In this document: positions 62,058-64,000 of the stretch, piece after piece
Layout: each line of letters opens with the position of its first letter
Position numbering within the stretch: the first letter of the stretch is position 1
Source of the DNA: Anolis carolinensis
Lineage: Eukaryota
Reading direction: 5' to 3'
Assembly: GCF_035594765.1 (NCBI RefSeq)
Contig: NC_085846.1
Location: 32,971,190-33,035,189 of the forward strand
DNA length: 64,000 nt
Position numbers and translations under genes: made by a program
Notes under the pieces: model-generated
The model's input: the letters and a program-made list of their open reading frames with translations, nothing else
Told to the model about the DNA's origin: nothing
The model's database searches: none

Positions 62058-64000
62058 TATACATTTCTAAGCTGAACACAGTTGTTTCGCAAGGAGAATT
62101 AGGACCCTCAACAATAATGCCTTAAGACTATTTGAAGAACATAACTCACGTATGTCAGAGGTATGTATGTGCCCACAAACACACATACATGCAAACATGC
62201 ATATATACAGAAGCACATCCGTTGCCTTGCAGTCTGTATTATCCTCACACCCACCAAGATGTTTTCTTGTATCCAGATCAATGCTCAAATTTCTGTGCAC
62301 CAGAGGCAGTTTCTCCCTCTGACATCCAGTGAATCGAAGCGACACCAGGTTGATGGCAACCTACATTGCACTTGTCAATGGATGCATCTTTTAATTTGCT
62401 CTATCCAAATGTCAGAACACAAACATCTATGAGTCAACATGATGTGGGAAATGTGCATGGTTAAAAAATGGTACTCAGAATGCTCCACATCTATTTTAAC
62501 AATCCTAGTGTAAAAATGTTGCAAATTACCATATTATGGAGAGGAGGAGGATTAGCATTCCTTACACACATCCTCGCCTTGACATTGGATACTTACTTTA
62601 GCCTGCTGATGCAATATATTATATTATGCTTTTAATGTATGTGTTTTAATCAATTTGACTCCTTGTACTTATTATGTTTATTTATTTTTAACCCTCGTTT
62701 TCGGTTGTTTATAAGTTATATTGAGTTTATTTTGTTTCATGTTTTGCCTTGATTGTTGTTTATCTGTTTCTGGGCAGTGAATTATTTTTATAAACTACCC
62801 TGAATCCCTTTGAGGAGAGAGGGCGGGTTATAAATAAATAAATAAATAAATAATTATTTCTAACAATTTTCAGAAGCCCAAAAGGTCCAGACCAAGAAGA
62901 TGTATGTACTAGAAATTGGGGGAAATTGGTTGATTATGTGAATGGGAATAGCGGGGAGAAAAGGACTGAAAGATGCAATTAAAATGATCTTCCATATGAA
63001 ATGTAATGGATATTAAAATAAATAGCTAGGCTGCTCCTGAGGGAGAGGGAGGGTTTAATAATGGGAGAAAAGGAGATAAGTCTAGATGATTTTGATTTAT
63101 GGAATAATTATGAGAGTTAGTGATGAGTTATTGAATTTTACATGTGATATTGTAACTCATTTTTTTTAAAAAACCTTCTCTTCTTTGGAAAAGAATAATA
63201 AAAAGGCTTTTCTCCCTCTCTCTTTCAAAAGAAACTCTAGAAATCATAGATGTGAACCATGTCAAAAACCCAGGAACAAAAGTGAGAGTTTTACTGGGAT
63301 TGGTTAGGAGATTGATTGAGCTGATGACAGCATGAAGGGTCACAAGAAGAGAACCGACTCAACAGGTAACAACCGGCTTACAATGGACATTAGCCAGTTC
63401 CACCTCATTGTGTCTTGCCCCGTGACCCTTTGTGGCCCCACCTCTTGTATCCCCCCAGCCTTTTAGTGGTTTATCTTCTGCCTCCAGACTTCTGACGTTT
63501 GGGAACCGATATCCTGAGCTGCCCCGTGACCTCCTCCTCTGGGCCAGGGGAAAAACATCAAAGAACCTCAATGGGTTCAAGACAAGACTTAGTTGCCTTT
63601 ATGAAGGATATCCTGTTCTTTAGCTTCTGGTATTTAGGCAATGACATCTTTCGGTCAAAACAGTCTTTTTTCCTTCCTTGCTTTCCTTCTTTCCTCTCTC
63701 AGTTACAACCATAGAAGTCAAACACTTCACCGAGTTGTCTAGGACTAAAATATTTTCGTTTTTAAATCATTTTTAAACTACATAATCTCTAGTATAATAA
63801 AATATAGTAAGAAAAACAAAAAATATACAAATAAAAAAAGAGTCATAAAAAGGAAGAATGAATAAAGATAGAAAGGACATTTGACTTCCGACTTTTCTAA
63901 CAATGGTAACACATGTCATTATGTAAAATAACTTCTCCAACGATAATTACTATTCATATACTAGTTCAGCTTCACCAAACCTAATAATTATCAAAACCTA

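Overview
Vertebrate genomic DNA from a squamate reptile. The repeat set (Sauria SINE, Anolis-SINE2-like, Penelope/Poseidon, CR1, L2, Vingi, OC1-like hAT) points to an Anolis-type lizard. The window holds the convergent nuclear-receptor pair NR1D1 and THRA. NR1D1 (Rev-erb alpha, + strand) is complete: 8 coding exons, 565-15623, 1845 nt = 614 aa. THRA (thyroid hormone receptor alpha 1, - strand) has six coding exons equivalent to mammalian exons 4-9, 47616-29879; its 5' exons were not found and probably lie beyond the window. Unlike placental mammals there is no coding overlap, because the TRalpha2-type antisense frame over the last NR1D1 exon is closed by two stops. Main observations: (i) minimal hammerhead-ribozyme motifs in Penelope pLTRs, where every copy on the host pre-mRNA strand has a damaged core; (ii) a 6 x 81-bp in-frame minisatellite whose unit is the GIY-YIG endonuclease signature; (iii) a candidate ~12.7-kb THRA 3'UTR with possible UTR-UTR antisense overlap with NR1D1; (iv) dense circadian and nuclear-receptor cis-element clusters; (v) a pure (TCC)21 poly-Ser tract in NR1D1; (vi) a perfect 48-bp-arm AT-cored palindrome. 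All comparisons with other species are from memory, not from database searches.
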